A DNA stretch of 64,000 nucleotides from Alphaproteobacteria bacterium (lineage in GTDB: Bacteria; Pseudomonadota; Alphaproteobacteria; UBA7887): the NCBI GenBank assembly GCA_030739735.1, contig JASLYQ010000008.1, positions 29,747 through 93,746 of the forward strand. Reading direction: 5' to 3'. A program made the translations under genes and the position numbers. Below the pieces are notes generated by a model. It did not search any database and was not told the DNA's origin. It worked only from the letters and a program-made list of their open reading frames with translations. Shown here one piece after another: positions 63,548-64,000 of this stretch (positions are counted from its first letter, which is position 1; the number at the start of each line of letters is the position of its first letter).

Positions 63548-63810
63548 AGCCGGGCCGAAATCTGGGGAAAAACAAGTGTCGCCACGGGTAAGCGGCGGCG
63601 GGCGCGGATCATAGAGCACATGCGGCCAGAGGCAAATCGCGAAGGTTTGCCTCTACAAAAAGGTGGGCATGTTGTCGAAGCCTGTCAGCCACAGCGTGCA
63701 GGCAATGACGGACCTCCCCGACCGGACTGTGAGCGCCGTAGCTAGCACCGCAACCGGCAACAACACCCAGACTATCGCAACGAGGGTGGCCTCGGGCAAT
63801 GCACCCTTCG

Positions 63811-63999
63811 TCAGGCGCTCCGGTACTCCGTATCGATGTCCGGCGCACCATCGCAGGCGGCGCGACCCGTCGCCACCATATGTACTAGGTGAGCGAGCAC
63901 CGAGCGACCAGCAGCGCCGTGCAGGCGCGAATCGATATTGGCATAGAGGCGCGAGACCATATGGGGAATACGCGTCACACCCTCTTCCAGACAGGTTGC
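63811..63999 (-). CDS. Partial CDS (C-terminus): MBL-fold hydrolase, LACTB2-like winged-helix tail
   Basis: Hand translation: IPHMVSRLYANIDSRLHGAAGRSVLAHLVHMVATGRA...YRSA*; runs off the window end. Confidence 0.75.
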   Translation of the reverse strand, partial: ATCLEEGVTRIPHMVSRLYANIDSRLHGAAGRSVLAHLVHMVATGRAACDGAPDIDTEYRSA

Positions 64000-64000
64000 A

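Noticed and set aside
62189-63745. Long alternative-frame ORFs (62189-63745, 16862-17983, 60412-61365, 4702-5622, 7844-8203 and many shorter ones)
   Set aside because: They lie antisense to, or overlap, well-supported genes, have no family motifs, and are expected shadows in GC-rich DNA.

Overview
A GC-rich (roughly 60-65%, judged by eye) alphaproteobacterial chromosome segment; gene order and protein types look Rhodospirillales-like (inference). The core backbone includes carB-greA, trxB-LysR, rlmN, argG, tRNA-Ala(CGC), ubiG/lysC-rodZ-ispG-prfA-prmC-DUF4167 and aspS. Accessory blocks: (i) an assimilatory sulfate cluster behind the tRNA (Rrf2, cysK, DUF2849, cysI, an apparent DUF934-CysH fusion, cysD, cysNC, degenerate rhodanese); (ii) two molybdoenzymes (MsrP with no MsrQ in the window, and an uncharacterised MopB-family protein); (iii) lipid and xenobiotic catabolism genes (two acyl-CoA dehydrogenases, SDR, glutaredoxin-DinB fusion, Baeyer-Villiger monooxygenase, enoyl-CoA hydratase, amidase, amidohydrolase); (iv) two tandem full-length NosR/NirI-like FMN/Fe-S membrane proteins divergent from an SCO chaperone and an amicyanin-like cupredoxin, with no nosZ, nirS or other terminal enzyme in the window. 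Block (iv) is the best candidate for an undescribed system. Hand translation of the apparent intergenic spacers reveals many gene remnants the ORF track misses: ptsP, an RpoH-like sigma factor, a TetR-like regulator, a second DMT, a serine hydrolase abutting the tRNA, and an unknown gene after the NosR pair. This points to ongoing deletion-driven genome erosion. I saw no transposase, integrase, rRNA or CRISPR array. All family assignments come from motif recognition, not database searches.
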